A stretch of 64,000 nucleotides of DNA, from positions 1,240,001 through 1,304,000 of the forward strand of contig RSEE01000004.1 of the NCBI GenBank assembly GCA_003971905.1, given 5' to 3'. Positions within the stretch are counted from its first letter, which is position 1. Each line of letters begins with the position of its first letter. Positions 1-13,000 of this stretch are shown here, in pieces. The notes below the pieces were generated by a model, which was not told where the DNA came from, made no database searches, and saw nothing but the letters and a program-made list of their open reading frames with translations. The translations under genes and the position numbers were made by a program. The DNA is from Moniliella sp. 'wahieum' (lineage: Eukaryota).

Positions 1-1351
1 GTTTTTTTCTGTTGCTGGGCGTGTTTGGCGGGATATGGGAGTGTTCACCAAGCTCAACACGTTCTGGGCTCGCACAGTGAGGGGAAAAACAGGCGTTGCA
101 TCCCATCCCATCGTGGAAGTGGCCGTCACCACTCTCACTGCTTTCCTGGCGTGGAGGAACCCGTACTTGCGTATGGGAGGAGCCGAGCTGATCAGCGAGT
201 TGTTCCAGGAATGTCATGCACACGATACGTTGGATGGGCTGTGCGTGGGCTCCGAGGACGAAGTACGCCCACTGTTCCTCTCGCTGGGGGTGCGCTGGTG
301 GCCAAAGCGGGCCTGGCCGTGATCACGTTTGGGCTAAAGTTACCAGCGGGGATTTTCATTCCGTCCTTGGCTGCCGGTGCGCTCTGTGGCCGTCTCCTGG
401 GGCTAGGCATGCAATACATGCAATGGCGCCATCCCACCTCCTCTTTACTTCACTGGTGTCCCACCGACGCCCCTGCGTCGTCCCTGGCGTCTACGCGATG
501 GTCGGCGCCGCCGCCACCTTATCGGGTGTGACCCGCACCACAATTTCTTTGGTGGTCATCATGTTTGAGTTAACGGGCCGCTTGACGTACAGTTTGCCCG
601 TCATGCTGGCCATCTTGTTAGCTCGTACCCTTGCTGACGCACTCGAGCCCGAGAATATTTACGAAAAGGACATCTTGGCCTCGGGCTTGCCTTACCTCAA
701 CCCCCACCTCCCCCACCATTGGGATGACGCCACTGTCCTCGATGCGCTCGACACGGCCGTCGATCCCATTGGCTCGATCGGAACCAACACCCTAGCCAGC
801 CTGGAACGCAAGTTGGCCCGTTTGGCCAAGGATTCGGTCATGCCGATGGGGGCTTTCCCCTGTTGCTGCCCGATCCCTCTTGGAACCAAGGCGGCGCAGC
901 CCGCTTGGTGGGGTACATTTCTGCTTCGGAGCTAGAGCATGCATTGGCCAACTTGCGCCATGCCTCCTTTCCCGATTCGTCGCCGTGCACATTTTTGGCA
1001 CTGGAGGAGCCTGTGCGAGGCGAAGGGGCCCCCTTGGACTTGACCCGTTACGTTGACTCGGCCCCGATCTCGATCCGCATCCACACGCCGCTCGAGCTGG
1101 TGCACAAATACTTTTCCACCTTGGGCCTGCGCTACCTTGTCGTCACCGAGCATGGACGGTTCCGCGGCATGATTTGGAAAAAGAAGTACGTTGCTAGCTG
1201 CGTTGCGGTTGCGTCTATCGTATGCCGGCTTGGTTTCGCTGGCCTGATTTGTGACTCCTGACTAGTGACTGACCAACAACGAATCTGTCTGGCCCTCTGT
1301 GCAAACAGCTGGATCGACTTTGTGCACCAGGTGGATGCTGCCTCGGGTTGA
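1..1351 (+). CDS. Voltage-gated chloride channel / Cl-/H+ exchanger (CLC family, Gef1/CLC-3-like), 3' part with CBS domains; 5' end outside the window
   Basis: CLC signatures GLKLPAGIFIPSL (ORF 25..531) and PGVYAMVGAAATLSGVTRTTISLVVIMFELTG (ORF 216..935); CBS-like tail DLTRYVDSAPISI...FSTLGLRYLVV (ORF 863..1261). Intron 1186-1308 (GTACGT...CTGAC...CAG) gives the ending WKKNWIDFVHQVDAASG* (TGA 1349-1351). Several indel frameshifts. Confidence 0.93.
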
Positions 1352-1849
1352 GCAGCGGCCAAGCGCGCCAGGAGGTCTGGACAGGTACACGTCATCCACG
1401 GCAAACATTTTATATCCCGCTGCGCCTGCCATATGCATTCCCCCCACCCCCTTCCTTCTCGTCTCCATCATTTGGCAATACAGCTCATATTCTTGTTGCC
1501 CTCGCTTTACCTCTTCGCGTTGCCATGACCTCCATATGAACATACATGTGAACCTCTTTTACCTTGCCCTTCTTTACTCTTCATGTTTCTACATATATAT
1601 CATCCCCTTTCCCCTCTATATTCTCACCACGAGTCCACAAGCATGCGGATTAGGATACTAGCGGCATACAACTGCAAAAAGTAAATCGTGCGAAGAACGG
1701 GAAAGCAAAGGACAATGGTGGCGCAGGGTAGAAGGGGGGTGGGGGGAGGGCCCAGACCTTACTCACACAGACAGGAGGTCCCAAAGTATATTATATCGTA
1801 GCATGGTAATCATTTCACGGTTACTCCTCATCCGAATCGGCGAGGTAAG

Positions 1850-3409
1850 CGCGCCTGCCACGGGATCCGAGCGCAGGCAACTCTTCTTCCGTCTCGCTCT
1901 CCTCATGCACCGCCGATGACTCCCTAGACGACGCATACGACGCACCACGACGGTGGGTGGCAGAACTGGCTTGGCGCCGCACCTCCGAGCGCGAGGGCAG
2001 GACCGAATCGGACCCACGACGGGACGGTTCCTGGTGGGAACCGCCACGGTCGGAATAGGACGCTCGTCGCGCCGAAGGGGCCCGCGACCCGGCGCGATCC
2101 GAGAGGCGTGAGTGCGAACGGGAGTGCGAACGGGAGTGCGACCGGGAGTGCGACCGGGAGTGCGACCGGGATTGGGGACGCGACTGTTGAGTAGGACGAA
2201 ACGCCGGGGACGCAAGCTCAGCAAGACCGTCGTCAGGTTCGTACCCGCGTTGACGGTTGCTGGCAAAGCTCGCCCGTTGTCTGCCCTCTCTTCCCCCACG
2301 TACGGCCCGGCCTCGTGCATCTCACCGTCTTCAAACGGTGTCGGCTCCGCTGGGGTGCCGACGTTGTACGCACCGCCGCGCCGGGCCGAGGCACGAGAGT
2401 GGCGAGTGGTGGAATAGCTGCGGAACGATCCTTGGTACTCGTAGTCCTGATCCTCTTCGTCGTACTCGTGAGGATGGTACTCCTCTCTTCATCGTCCTCA
2501 TACCAGTCGTGATCGCGTGGGCGTTCGGCCCGGCCATAGCGATCCGTAGCAGGGCGGTCCCGGTACGCAGCAGGGTGATCCCTGTACGCAGAAGGGTCAT
2601 CTCGGTATCAGCAGGGGAAGTAGAGTGGATGGCGCGCGAGGCGCGCGAGGTCTTTTTTGCTTTTTCTGCACGGTGGCTCTTTTGGAAATCGTATGCGCGT
2701 CGGCCCCAGGTGTAATGGGGTTCGTTGAGCACTTCTTGGTCGAGAAAAGAAAGATGTAGGTAGCAGCAAGCACTTCGAAAAAGAAGAGAAACACTTGGAG
2801 AGCAAACGTGGCAAAGCACAACTTCCATACCAGGTCACGAAGCGAACAGACATGATCAAAGTCGTTGGGCTTGGCATAGTGGTAGTACGAGTCAAAGGTG
2901 CAGGCCTCCTTGCCGCCCAAATCTTCAAAGTAAGCCAACGTGCCAGACACCACAGCACGCACATGGAGAATTGCAAAACAATCTCCACCTTCACGTCGAG
3001 GAGGCAGTAGAGGATGTCGCCAGGGTGAATGAAGGGGGCAAGGGGGATGGCCACATCATAGCCAAAGTAGATGAGGGGGGTCAAGATACCGAGGATGATG
3101 AGGAAGATGAGGGAGCCCCAGGATGGCTTGACGATGGGATCGTTGTCGTTGTACCCCTGCCAAGCACGTACGGTTATATAGGGTGAGCATGGAAGGATGA
3201 GGCAGGGCAAGACAGCAATGCTGTTCCAGTGGAGAGACACGTACCTTGACGGTGAGGCAGCTGACGACGAGCACGGCAAGCGAGAGGCCGCAGACGCAGA
3301 GGGTGAGGAACATGCGTGTGACCCAGATGAAAACAGGGCTGGGGGCGCGCGGGCGGCGCTGGACGTCAAGGGCGGGCGTGTCGAGCGCATAGCGCTCTGG
3401 GAAGCCCAT
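1850..3409 (-). CDS. Hypothetical membrane protein (about 4 TM segments, MARVEL-like topology) with a low-complexity Arg/Ser-rich C-terminal tail
   Basis: ATG at 3409 (MGFPERYALD...). Hydrophobic segments FIWVTRMFLTLCVCGLSLAVLVVSCL, WGSLIFLIILGILTPLIYFG, VEIVLQFSMCVLW and LCFATFALQVFLFFFEVLAATYIFLF are joined across ORFs 3056..3562, 2608..3513, 2597..2962 and 2331..2828, with a GTACGT intron donor near 3245. The 3' end is uncertain. Confidence 0.65.
2110..2170. repeat. 12-bp tandem repeat GAGTGCGA(A/C)CGG x5
   Basis: Read directly; on the - strand it can encode (SRSH)n in the tail of the membrane protein. Confidence 0.9.
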
Positions 3410-5217
3410 GGTGGTCGCGGAGAAAGGGGGGAGGGGGGGGGGGCGAGAGATGGTGGCAGCGAAGGCCAGCGCAGGTCGAGGCGCGAGGGCCCCTGCGGGG
3501 ACAAAAGGCCCATTTAAGAATCGCCCGTCTGGGATTCGCACTGCAGATCTGAATCCACCCATTCAGAACTGAGTCCGCGTAGCGCGCACTCAGGCCGTGC
3601 TCTGTCCCCGCGCCCTGTCCCCGCGCTCTGTCCCCGCACTGGCCCCCCGGCACAGCGCCAGTGTGGCCAGCCCTGCGTCCGTCCCCGCAGCGCCAGCATT
3701 TCACATTTCAAATGCGCGTGCCGAGACTCTGACAGCGCCCAGGGCGGGGGATAAGAGGCGGAGAGTGGCGTGGTGCCCTGGCGGGGCCGGGCGGGGCCAA
3801 GAGGGCGGGGCGCAAAGAGGCCAAGCCAAGCCACCACAGCCGAACAGCTCAACCGGCCGCTGGATGTCTACATCACCGTGGCGTCGCAATCCATCCCGCA
3901 TCACATGCATCAGCCCTGCCCTGCCGCAACAGGAAGCGACCGGGCTGGGGCTTCCAGTGCACGGTCAACGTCAACAGCATATTGATTCGGCTCTGTGCGC
4001 GCTCTTGCCGAGCGCGAACAAACGGTCGATACTCCTGCAGTGCGCGCGCCGTGTCTGGGACGAAACAGGACCAAGCCAGTCGACCACGGTTGAACGGCGC
4101 GGTGGCTGAATCTCGTTTGGGGTGGGACGCCACCCCATGACGCAGCTTGTATCGGAGCCACGGCAGGACACATACCAAAAGGCGATATCGGTAAAAGTAG
4201 TAGGTAGTGCTTGCGAGGGATGTGATCTTCGCGACCAACAGCTCATCTTCGAGGCCAGTTGTGGGCGCAACAGAGAGAACCTGGCATGGTCATACTGAAA
4301 CGTTGTACCCCAGATCGTTGGTGGTGGAAGTTCACTTGGTTTCATGGCCTGGGACGCCCAAAGGAGGTCAACGGAAACCCATCCACAACAGCGCTAGTCC
4401 TTTGCATCCTTTGAACGGGTCGCAAAGGACATATTACGCGGTTAAAAAGCTGGCGGAGTGTTGTACTGAGTACAGATGACATAGGCGGCGCGTATATATG
4501 TGGGTACTAAGGCAAGTATGACTAGCAATAACATGTAACAAAACAGTGAGACGGGCAGAAAGTTGGAGGTTAGTACTCAGAAATTCGATCAACCTATACT
4601 TAGGGTGAGTATTATACTACTCAGTGCGAGTCTCTCCCTTTGGTCTCGCCTGGATTCCCCTATAGAGCACCTCATTTGCGCCTTTACCGTTCAGGAGTTT
4701 CCGCCGTTCTACTGTTTGTAGAGCACGAAGCGGGGGTATTGACTGGGAAACGCACTCTAACGGATACACCGCGCGGTTATGCCGTATCTTCCAGCTACAT
4801 ACATCGTGTTGTACGCCTACAGCTCCAATCCAATCCGCCCCTTTGCTCGGAAGCCTCAAAGACATGGAGGCAAATGAATTACCGCGAAACCAGGGAAATT
4901 GCTGCGGAGGTTCTGAAGCAGCAAGGTACGCTGGGCATCTTTATGTTGCAGAGGGGGTCCAGCCTGTTGCTTTTGGGCATGGGACCTCACTGATGCGCGA
5001 GGGAGAGTTAGTCCGACGGCTAACGTCCTATACTGGGGCCTAGGGGCCGGTCCAAGCCGAGCTTTGGAGGAACATGGTTACAGTGGTACGCGGATCTGTG
5101 GGCCGCACCACGTATGTCTCGCGCGACCTTGCTGGACAATACATGGACTGGCAATGATGGAGCATCCAGGATCGTGGACCGTGGACGAGACGGAAAGAGG
5201 GTAATTCGGGACTAGCT

Positions 5218-6243
5218 TTACTCGCGCTTGAACGCAATCTTCTTGGCTTGGGCCCGATCCATGCCCTTGTCCATCAACTTGCGCATCTCTTTTTGGTTCT
5301 CACGGGCTTGGTGGTAGGAACCCTCGGTGTCCATCACATAGTCCCACCACCGGAACGAGGAGGCATAGCACCCAATGAACGTTTGGTGATGATGGTCGTG
5401 GTGGTCCGCCCGGCCCAAAAGGGAAGAATGTGACGAAGGCTAAAGGGGAAATCGTATCCGCTGTGCGAGTCGATGGCCTGGAACAAGCGACAGACAATCC
5501 ACAGGTACACCGTCACGAGGTGTACGTTGCCCGTCATAACCGCAAGCAGGAGCGGGCCGCCAATGGTGCCGGTACCCAAAATGAGCGTTTCGGCAGGATG
5601 CGCGTACTCGGCCGCCAGGCCAAAAGGTGCTGCAAAACAGTTAGCAAGATCCCTCCTCAAAAAGGGAATGAAGGTATCAGCTCAAAGGTGGGTAGACGTA
5701 CCGGCATACTCGTGATGCTTCTTGTGGATGTGGCGGTAAAACGGGCCCCAGTGGAACAAGCGGTGGGCCCAGTAGTGCCACGTGTCTTCCACCACAAAGA
5801 ACAGCGCCACTTGCCAGGCAATGGTCCAGATGGACGGGAAGGGCACTTCGTACGTGGCCAGACCGAGGTACTGGCACATGGGGTGGAACCCCCAGATCTG
5901 CGGCAACTCCACAGTAAAGTGGCTCAGCAGCACGTATTTGGTGCACTCCCACTGGTCTTTCCACGAAGGAATCTTCTCATCTTGAATCTTGTACTTGCGC
6001 AACGCCGGATATGGTCGATCACCACCCAAGGCGCCGCACGACCAAAGTAGAGCAACTCGTGCAGCACAAAACTCATAATGCCCGTCGCGATGATGGGGTT
6101 GTCCCACCACACGTACCAGTTCATCCACCCCTTTTCGAGGAAGTTGAGGCTGGCTAGTCCACGCCTCGGTACAGGTCGGCGCCGTGGACGTCAACGTGGG
6201 GGTTGAAGATGCCCTCGAGGATGGTGGTAGCGTTGAGCGACAT
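5218..6243 (-). CDS. ERG25: C-4 methylsterol oxidase (sterol desaturase/hydroxylase family)
   Basis: Start [11 protein letters not shown] at 6243; [17 protein letters not shown]; three His boxes [13 protein letters not shown] and [42 protein letters not shown]. Intron 5630-5701 (GTACGT...GCTAAC...CAG). Frameshifted in several places. Confidence 0.96.
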
Positions 6244-7202
6244 GGCGAGAGCACAAGCAAACCCAGGACCCAGCGCGCTGGTTCCGTGCAGGAGAAGGTG
6301 GTGGTGGCAAGGGAAGTTCTCTACTACAAGGGGGCGATCCGGTTGCCAAACCCGCTCTTATGTCCCACACCTGGCCCCAGCCGACTAACCTGCGACCCAA
6401 GGGGGAGGCGGGCTACGGGCTACCTGGGTTATCTGTAACCCGTCTCCAGTGCCGCCGTCTGCCGCGTCTCCTTCCGCTGCGTTCTGGACTGGGACGCGCA
6501 GAAAATCCCTGCGAGGTAAGATGTAAGATCTGATTCCAGACGCACCGCACCAGACCAGTGTGGGCGCAGACGCCAACCAAATGACCTGAGGCGGTCCTCT
6601 CTGCCCCCGTGCCCATCACCACCTTCCGACCCAAATCACCCGAACGCCCCCAGTGCTGCACTGGCCACTGGGCCACTGTCCGAAGCCACGGGGCGATCAT
6701 CGATCAGGCCTTAGGCCTGCCTTACGCAACCCCAACCGACAATCACACCTCCTCCCTCGCCCCTCTCACGCCGACCGACAGGCCAGATGCAAATGTTCAA
6801 CGTCTCTCAAGTTTCAATCCGCTTCGTCCGGCCGCTCAACCGGAGGGGCTTTCGTCCAGTGCGGTTCCCGACATGTACGGTGCGGCCATCGTAGTCCATG
6901 TAGCTGCACGCCGCCAGGCACCGCTCTCCTTCCCTTCGCCTACTCCACTCTCGTAGTGCCAAAGGAACCAAACCAAAGAAAACTGCACTCCTATCGCTAC
7001 ACCCATTCACAGCAGAGGGAGTGCGGACGGTAGACGGCCATGCCATTGGGAGGGTAAGCCACGCTTTACATAGCCGCGTGTCTAGCGCTAGACCACCGAG
7101 CAAATGAGCGCGAGGGCAACGTGCAACACGGCACAGGAAGCAGCGACAAGGGGGCGCTTCGTGTCGGGCATGTGGCTCCAAGCGACAGAATCGCGAGCAG
7201 AC

Positions 7203-7726
7203 TTAAACCACCGTGCCAGCGTTCGAGGCAATACGGGGCCAGAGGTCGGCGCACTCCTTGGCCACGGGGCCAGTGATCGCCGAGCCCTTCATCTCACCCT
7301 TGGGGTTGACAATCACACCGGCATTGTCCTCGAAGTAGAGGAACACACCGTCCTTCCTCCGCCAGGTCTTGCGCTGCCGAATGACAATGGCAGCATGACT
7401 GTCATCAATCAATCAATCAATCAATCATCAAGGATCAAAAAAGGGTCAATGTCCTGTTCGTCGTTGCATTCGCTGCAACCCATCAAAGAAAGAAAGAAAG
7501 CCGTCCACGTACCCTTCTTACGCAGCTCCGGCTTGCCCTTCTTGACCGAAGCGACAAACATGTCCCCAGCCGAGGCAGCGGGCAGGCGGTTGAGACGCGC
7601 ACCCGTGCCGTGGACAGCAATGACAAACAGGTTCTTGGCCCCCGTGTTGTCGGCGCAGTTCATCACGGCGCCCACAGGCAGACCGAGGGTCATGCGGTAC
7701 TTGGTTCCCTGAGCTCCCTTGGGCAT
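7203..7726 (-). CDS. RPL23: 60S ribosomal protein L23 (uL14)
   Basis: [33 protein letters not shown]...[11 protein letters not shown], intron 7399-7512, then ...[59 protein letters not shown]. One base is missing just after the intron. A GTGAGC donor at 7883 suggests a 5'UTR intron. Confidence 0.98.
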
Positions 7727-8409
7727 GTTGAGTCGATTCACTCGGTCAGCTTCGTATCCAGGACAGTAGCGATAGCGGTAGCCGTAGGGACGACAGGCCC
7801 GTCCCGGTCCTCCCCCTTTCGTGCGGGGATCGGAGGAGGGGGGAGGTCGCCACGGCCCCCGGTACGAGGATTAGTATGCTCACCTTGCTGGTTGGCGAAC
7901 CTAAGGGGAAGCGTGGGAGCGAACCGCGAACGGGCAGGGGCAAGGGCAAGGGCAGCGCGGCAACCCTACTTCTCGGCCCGGCCAACCCGTTACCGTTTTT
8001 GCGCTTTGGGCGGAGGGGGCAAGTAGGTGACTCTGCAGGTGCCGCTCCTCTTTCGCTTGCGCCCAGCTGCGGTCGATATTATTCGGCCTAACCCTATGTC
8101 CTGCGCCGGGGGTGGCGGAACCTGCGGGGGACGTGGCGGAACTGGTGGGGGCACCTGCAACTTGAAAGTGTGGAGTAGGTCGGGATGGGACGATCGATGA
8201 TTGATGAGACGGAATGGGATGGAAGATGCAACAAACAAGGCGGTGGAAGCTGGCTGGATAAGATTGCCCAGCCACTCCACCTCATCCATCCATCATCCCA
8301 GCACCACCGCCATCACCACCACCCACAACTACCACCGTCACCACTACCACCACCACTCCCAACCGCGTCCCCAGTCAGCCTTGTCCCCACCACCGCCCAT
8401 TGCAACCAA

Positions 8410-9325
8410 ATGAGCGACGCTCGTTCCCTGCTGCGGGCCACCAAGGCCGGCCCCACCCCCCGTGCGACAGAAGTGCAGGACAGGTGGGCGAGTACAACCG
8501 CGGCAGGGGCGCTGCGCTGCACGGCATGTGACCTGCCCATCCGCCATCCTGCACTCTGGCCCACGCATTCTGCGTCCCAGCCGCACCGAACCAACGTGGC
8601 GCGTGCGCTGGCCTCCCCGACCCGGCCGGACGCTGCTGCGGTCGCTGGCCCCAACGGGCCAAGTGGTGCAAGTGCCACCACCGAGCCCGTTCTGCCACCT
8701 GGGACCCCTGGCACGCCAGGGACCAAACGCAAAACCCCTCCTGCTGCTGCGCCAGATCGGGATTGGGAGGCGGACCAAGCCAAGCCCAAACGAGCACGTA
8801 CCACGCCCCCGCCCAATCCCGGTGGCGAGATGCCACGGCGGCGCAGGACGCGTCGTCTGCCGCTGCCCCTGCGCCTGACTTTTCCGCTGAGTTGGCTGCG
8901 TTTGAGCGGGAGGTGTTGGCTCCTCTGCCTCGAGAGGAAACGGCCAGGAGTATGTCCGCACGGCAGGGGCGACGATGGAGGTGGCGCCTCAGTTGGTTGG
9001 GCAGCAAGAGGGGGACGATCAAGAGGAAGAGAAGGGCAGGAGCAGGCGGAAGCGCGGGCGGTGGTTGCATCGCGGGTGCGGACGAACGGTTGGAGGTGTA
9101 TGAGCGGACGAAGAGGAGATGCGGGTGCAAGCAGAGGGGAGACAACGGTACGTTTTTGCGTCGGGAGTGGAGAGGGGGAATGGGTGAACGGGGCAAGCGT
9201 TGGTGGGATGAGGTGGTGCTTGGCCATTTTGTTAACCAAGAGGGGGATGGATGTGGATGTGTGTTGTGAGCAGAGTGCAGGCCCTTCGGGACCGTTTGGC
9301 CGCGATCAAGAAGCGTCGATCTTAA
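8410..9325 (+). CDS. ZNF830/CCDC16-like zinc-finger coiled-coil protein
   Basis: MSDARSLLR...GALRCTACDLPIRHPALWPTHSASQPHRTN (CxxC...W..H....H finger) followed by DFSAELAAFEREV and an acidic coiled-coil; likely intron about 9148-9273 (GTACGT...CAG). Family call rests on remembered fungal orthologue pattern. Confidence 0.7.
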
Positions 9326-10014
9326 GGTTGGCATTGAGAGCGAGGTTGGTCATGTTCCCTTTCGTGCGATGATACCCGAAGTCGTGTTGAGCCGACAAGA
9401 TGAGATGGAGGTGGTGGCAGGGGCGTGCGTCTAGGACGGGACATGCAGGATCGGTCAGGGCACCACCCCCATCTGTCCACAGGAACGTCCACGATCCTAG
9501 AGCAATACCTGGCAACAGATTGCAACAATACATCGCATCACGTTGCGGTACCGCTTGTTGGTCTGCCTGCCCACCAGTGTCCCCAAGGGCTTATAGATCG
9601 ACTATCAGCGAGGCCATCATGATTGACTGCCTCTGCCTCTCTCTACCTTTGTTCATAGCATTGGCAAAACTTGCGCAGACAAACCAAATGTGTTTCCCCC
9701 ACCACTGCAAGCTCTGTCGCTCACCCGGGGTTTGATAACCGCTACCAACCCTCCGCAATTACAGGCAGAAGGGTACTTTGACATGGGAAAATTGCCTACC
9801 GAGACACGCCCTACTCAGTAACTCACCTCTCAGCCTCGAGCTTCAAGTCCCACCTGTCGAGATCCGACTACATCCAAGCGATCCAAGTGACCCCAGGTAT
9901 GGTAGGTAGATCGGAGTGAAATACAAGTAGATGGGAAGGGGGAGGATCGGGAACAACACTATCTCTCCTCTAACTCTGGATCTCCTCACCGGTGCGCCCT
10001 CTGCGACCCAGTCT

Positions 10015-13000
10015 CAACCCTCTGCCGACCGCTCATTGGCCGGCCTGGAAGGCGTACGAGACGAAGCCACACTGGTGGGCGAATCCAAGATGGGCACTTG
10101 GCGGTACAGTGCAAACCCACGTTGGGCCTTCCGGGAAGGGGAGGCGTGGCGACCGATGCCGAGGAGGGATTGTCGCTCGTGCCAGTGGTCGGACTACCGT
10201 GCGGAGGCGAGTCGGATGTGGTCGGCGCCGTCATCGTGGGCTTGGACGCGGCGGGCGCTGGTCTCATCGTGATTGGGCGCGGGCGAAGTGGGCCCCGAGG
10301 GAGCCGGCGAAAGGTGTGCAGGACTGTGCGTCAAGGCGGATTCAGAATCAATGGCCGGGCTAAGCGAGTTGGTGCGGGCGGGGAGAGGATGACGGGACGG
10401 GACTGGGATTGGGACTGAGACGGAGGAAAGGAAGAAGAGTGAGAGCCGGGCCTCTCGTCGTCCCCCTCCATCTCGTCCTGTTCCATCTCGTCCTCCTCCA
10501 CCTCATCCTCCTCCACCTCGTCCTCCTCCATCTCGTCCTCCTCCATCTCGTCCTCCTCCTCCTCCTCATATCCCTTCTTTTGGCCCTGTTCATGTGCCTC
10601 GGGTGCCTCAGCGCCTCAGGCGTACTACTCCGTGCGGACGCGGAAGTCAATTCCGTTTCGGGGGTCCCAACGGGGCCACACGTGTCCCTTCCCCTTGTGC
10701 GTCCTCCTTGTGCTCCCCGTCCTGCTCCTGCTCCTTCTCCTTCTTCTGCTCTGGCTCCGGCTCCTGCTCTGGCTCTTGCTCCGGCTCCTGCTCGTGCTCC
10801 GGTTCGTGCTCCTGCTCGTGCTCCGGTTCGTGTTCCGGCTGTTGCTCCTCCTGTGACAAGAGGTTGTACGCGAGCATGAGTGGTCCAGACGAACGGCAAA
10901 GTGGTCGATATCGTGGGCCGCATCAGCACATTGCGTCAAGGCCGAGATGATGCCGCGCACCTCCTCGTTCCGCCCGCCGCCGACCAAGCGCGCACCGGCA
11001 TGGAAAAAGCCCGCGCGCATCAAGCCAGGGTCCACTTGGAGGTACCGCTGCGCAGCCATCGTTTGGGCCACCATCGAAATCCGCCCAGCCAGCTCGATCG
11101 CCGCGCGGCGGATGAGCGCACGCAGTTCGTCCGCCCGCTCGGTCTGGTCGGACGAAAGCGAGGTGGAGGGTAAGGCGGCTGCGGCTGTGGCGGTGGCGCT
11201 GGCGGTGGCGCTGGCTGGTGGTGGGAGCGCTTGAGGTGGCATTGGAGCTGGCCGTCGCACCGACCGCGGTCGTTCCCCCCGTGGGGGGCACAAACGTAAT
11301 GCCATGTTCGTTGACTACGCAGCTCAGCGCGATCCACGTTGCGGCATAGACCACCTCGATAAAGCACGCTTGGAACACGGTGGCCAAATCCCACGACGAA
11401 GGCCATGCGGGTGGGACGCCAACGGCGGCCAAGTGCGCCGCTTTCCAGCCATGGACCGCTGCGACGGCAGTTTCGAGCGCACTCAGCGCCACACCGCCCT
11501 TCATTGCGCGCGGCGACCAAATTGTCGTGTAGAGCCGACAGCGTAGCTCGGCCAGGTCCTGCACCGCACTGGCCCATGTCCCCCATCGCCGCACCGCAGG
11601 TAAATCCGTAGGAACTGGCGCGGGCGACGGAGCCGAGGCCAAGTCGGTCCATACTACCCCAGGCAGCGGCGGAGGGGACACCGTATAGTCTTCCCTTCGA
11701 ATCGCTGGTGTGGTCCGGAACATCAATCCGTCCACCGTGTCCACCAAGAGACAGTGCCACCAACACAACACGGCCGTTGCGTGCGGCGCCGAGCCAAGAC
11801 GGTCGACCACTTCGGCTTGGTGCACGCCCAGGGACCGCAAATGTTCAAGCGACGCCAAGAGAAACGTGCGGGTGTAGCCCTCGACGTGGGCAGTGACAAG
11901 CGCACGAGAGGCCGCCGTGCGCTCAGCGGCAATCCCTTTGCCATCCGGGATTGATAACCAAACTTTCGCGCGGGACCTCCAAGGTGCGCCAGGATCGCGT
12001 GCGCCATTGCGGCGTGTAAATGTGCATCAGCAAACACCCGCCGCATGCTCTGGCGTGGCGACCACCAAGGCACGACGCGTCAAACAGCGCCACCGTGCGC
12101 GCATGCAGCCAGTGCACAATCCGACTCGCCCCAGCCCGACGAAGACGGAACAGATCAGATTGGGCCGGAGTGGGCTCTTGCCCTTGTTCCTTCAGACGCG
12201 TATGCTCGCTTCGCAAAAACGTCGCACACTCTTGCGATCCGAGTCGAGCAGCGGCGCATCCGAAAACCGTGCGCCCCAGAGCAACACAATCGCCATCAAC
12301 GCATCCGCCTTGCCGTCGGAGCTCGAACAGAAAATGCGTTCAAGCTCGGCGCGGCTAAAGAGCGGCCAGTGGGGGTGAACGTTGGTGAAGAAACTGTCAA
12401 TCGCTGCATCGGCCACCTCGCGTTTCACCCGCGACGAAGAGAGCAGTGTGGCCAAGCCGGGTGACAAACGCGGAGATGAAGCACAAAGGTACCGCCGCTG
12501 CGACTTCGGGCCCCACCGTAGGCCACTCGGTCGCACCGGGCAGCTGGCCCGGTTGACTAGGCCCGTCAGGGAGCGGGGCCAATCGCCTGGGCCATTGTCA
12601 CTGTCCATTGTCGTGGTAAAGGCGGTGGGGGAAGGGATGTCAAACAGGTAGTCGATCAGTCGGTCAAAGCGACGCTTGGCTCCTCGTGCACCAGGTACTG
12701 CTGCGCAGCCGAGGGCCGAGGTGCGGACTGGAGACCAGCCGGCCGCGACTCCGCGTGTGCACAGGGGAATGGACTGGGCCACTGGGCAACGGCGAAGGGG
12801 ACGCAGAAGGCAGCGCACCGGGCTTGGCAGCAGGGGAAACCGGCAGCGCACCCGGCTTGGCAGTGGGGGAAACCGGTATCGCACCAGGTCTAGCAGTGGG
12901 GAAACCGGCATCGCGCCAGGTTTGGCAGCGGGGAAACCGGGACTGGGCCGCCCCTCGGCGGAGCTCGCAGGATTCCCGTCGCGCCCACGCGAGGTACTAC

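Noticed and set aside
7399..7512. Intron-encoded snoRNA in the RPL23 intron (also checked the RPL38 intron)
   Set aside because: No paired C box and terminal D box or H/ACA pattern; only (GATT)n and (CTTT)n runs.
8087..8096. CCTAACCCTA as a telomerase RNA template
   Set aside because: It lies in the short divergent promoter between RPL23 and the ZNF830-like gene, with no room or pseudoknot for a telomerase RNA; a promoter telo-box explains it better.
8313..9334. Long antisense and alternative-frame ORFs over GC-rich genes (also 13577..14686, 21921..23155, 58958..59815)
   Set aside because: Shadow ORFs caused by low stop-codon frequency; the real gene is on another frame or strand.
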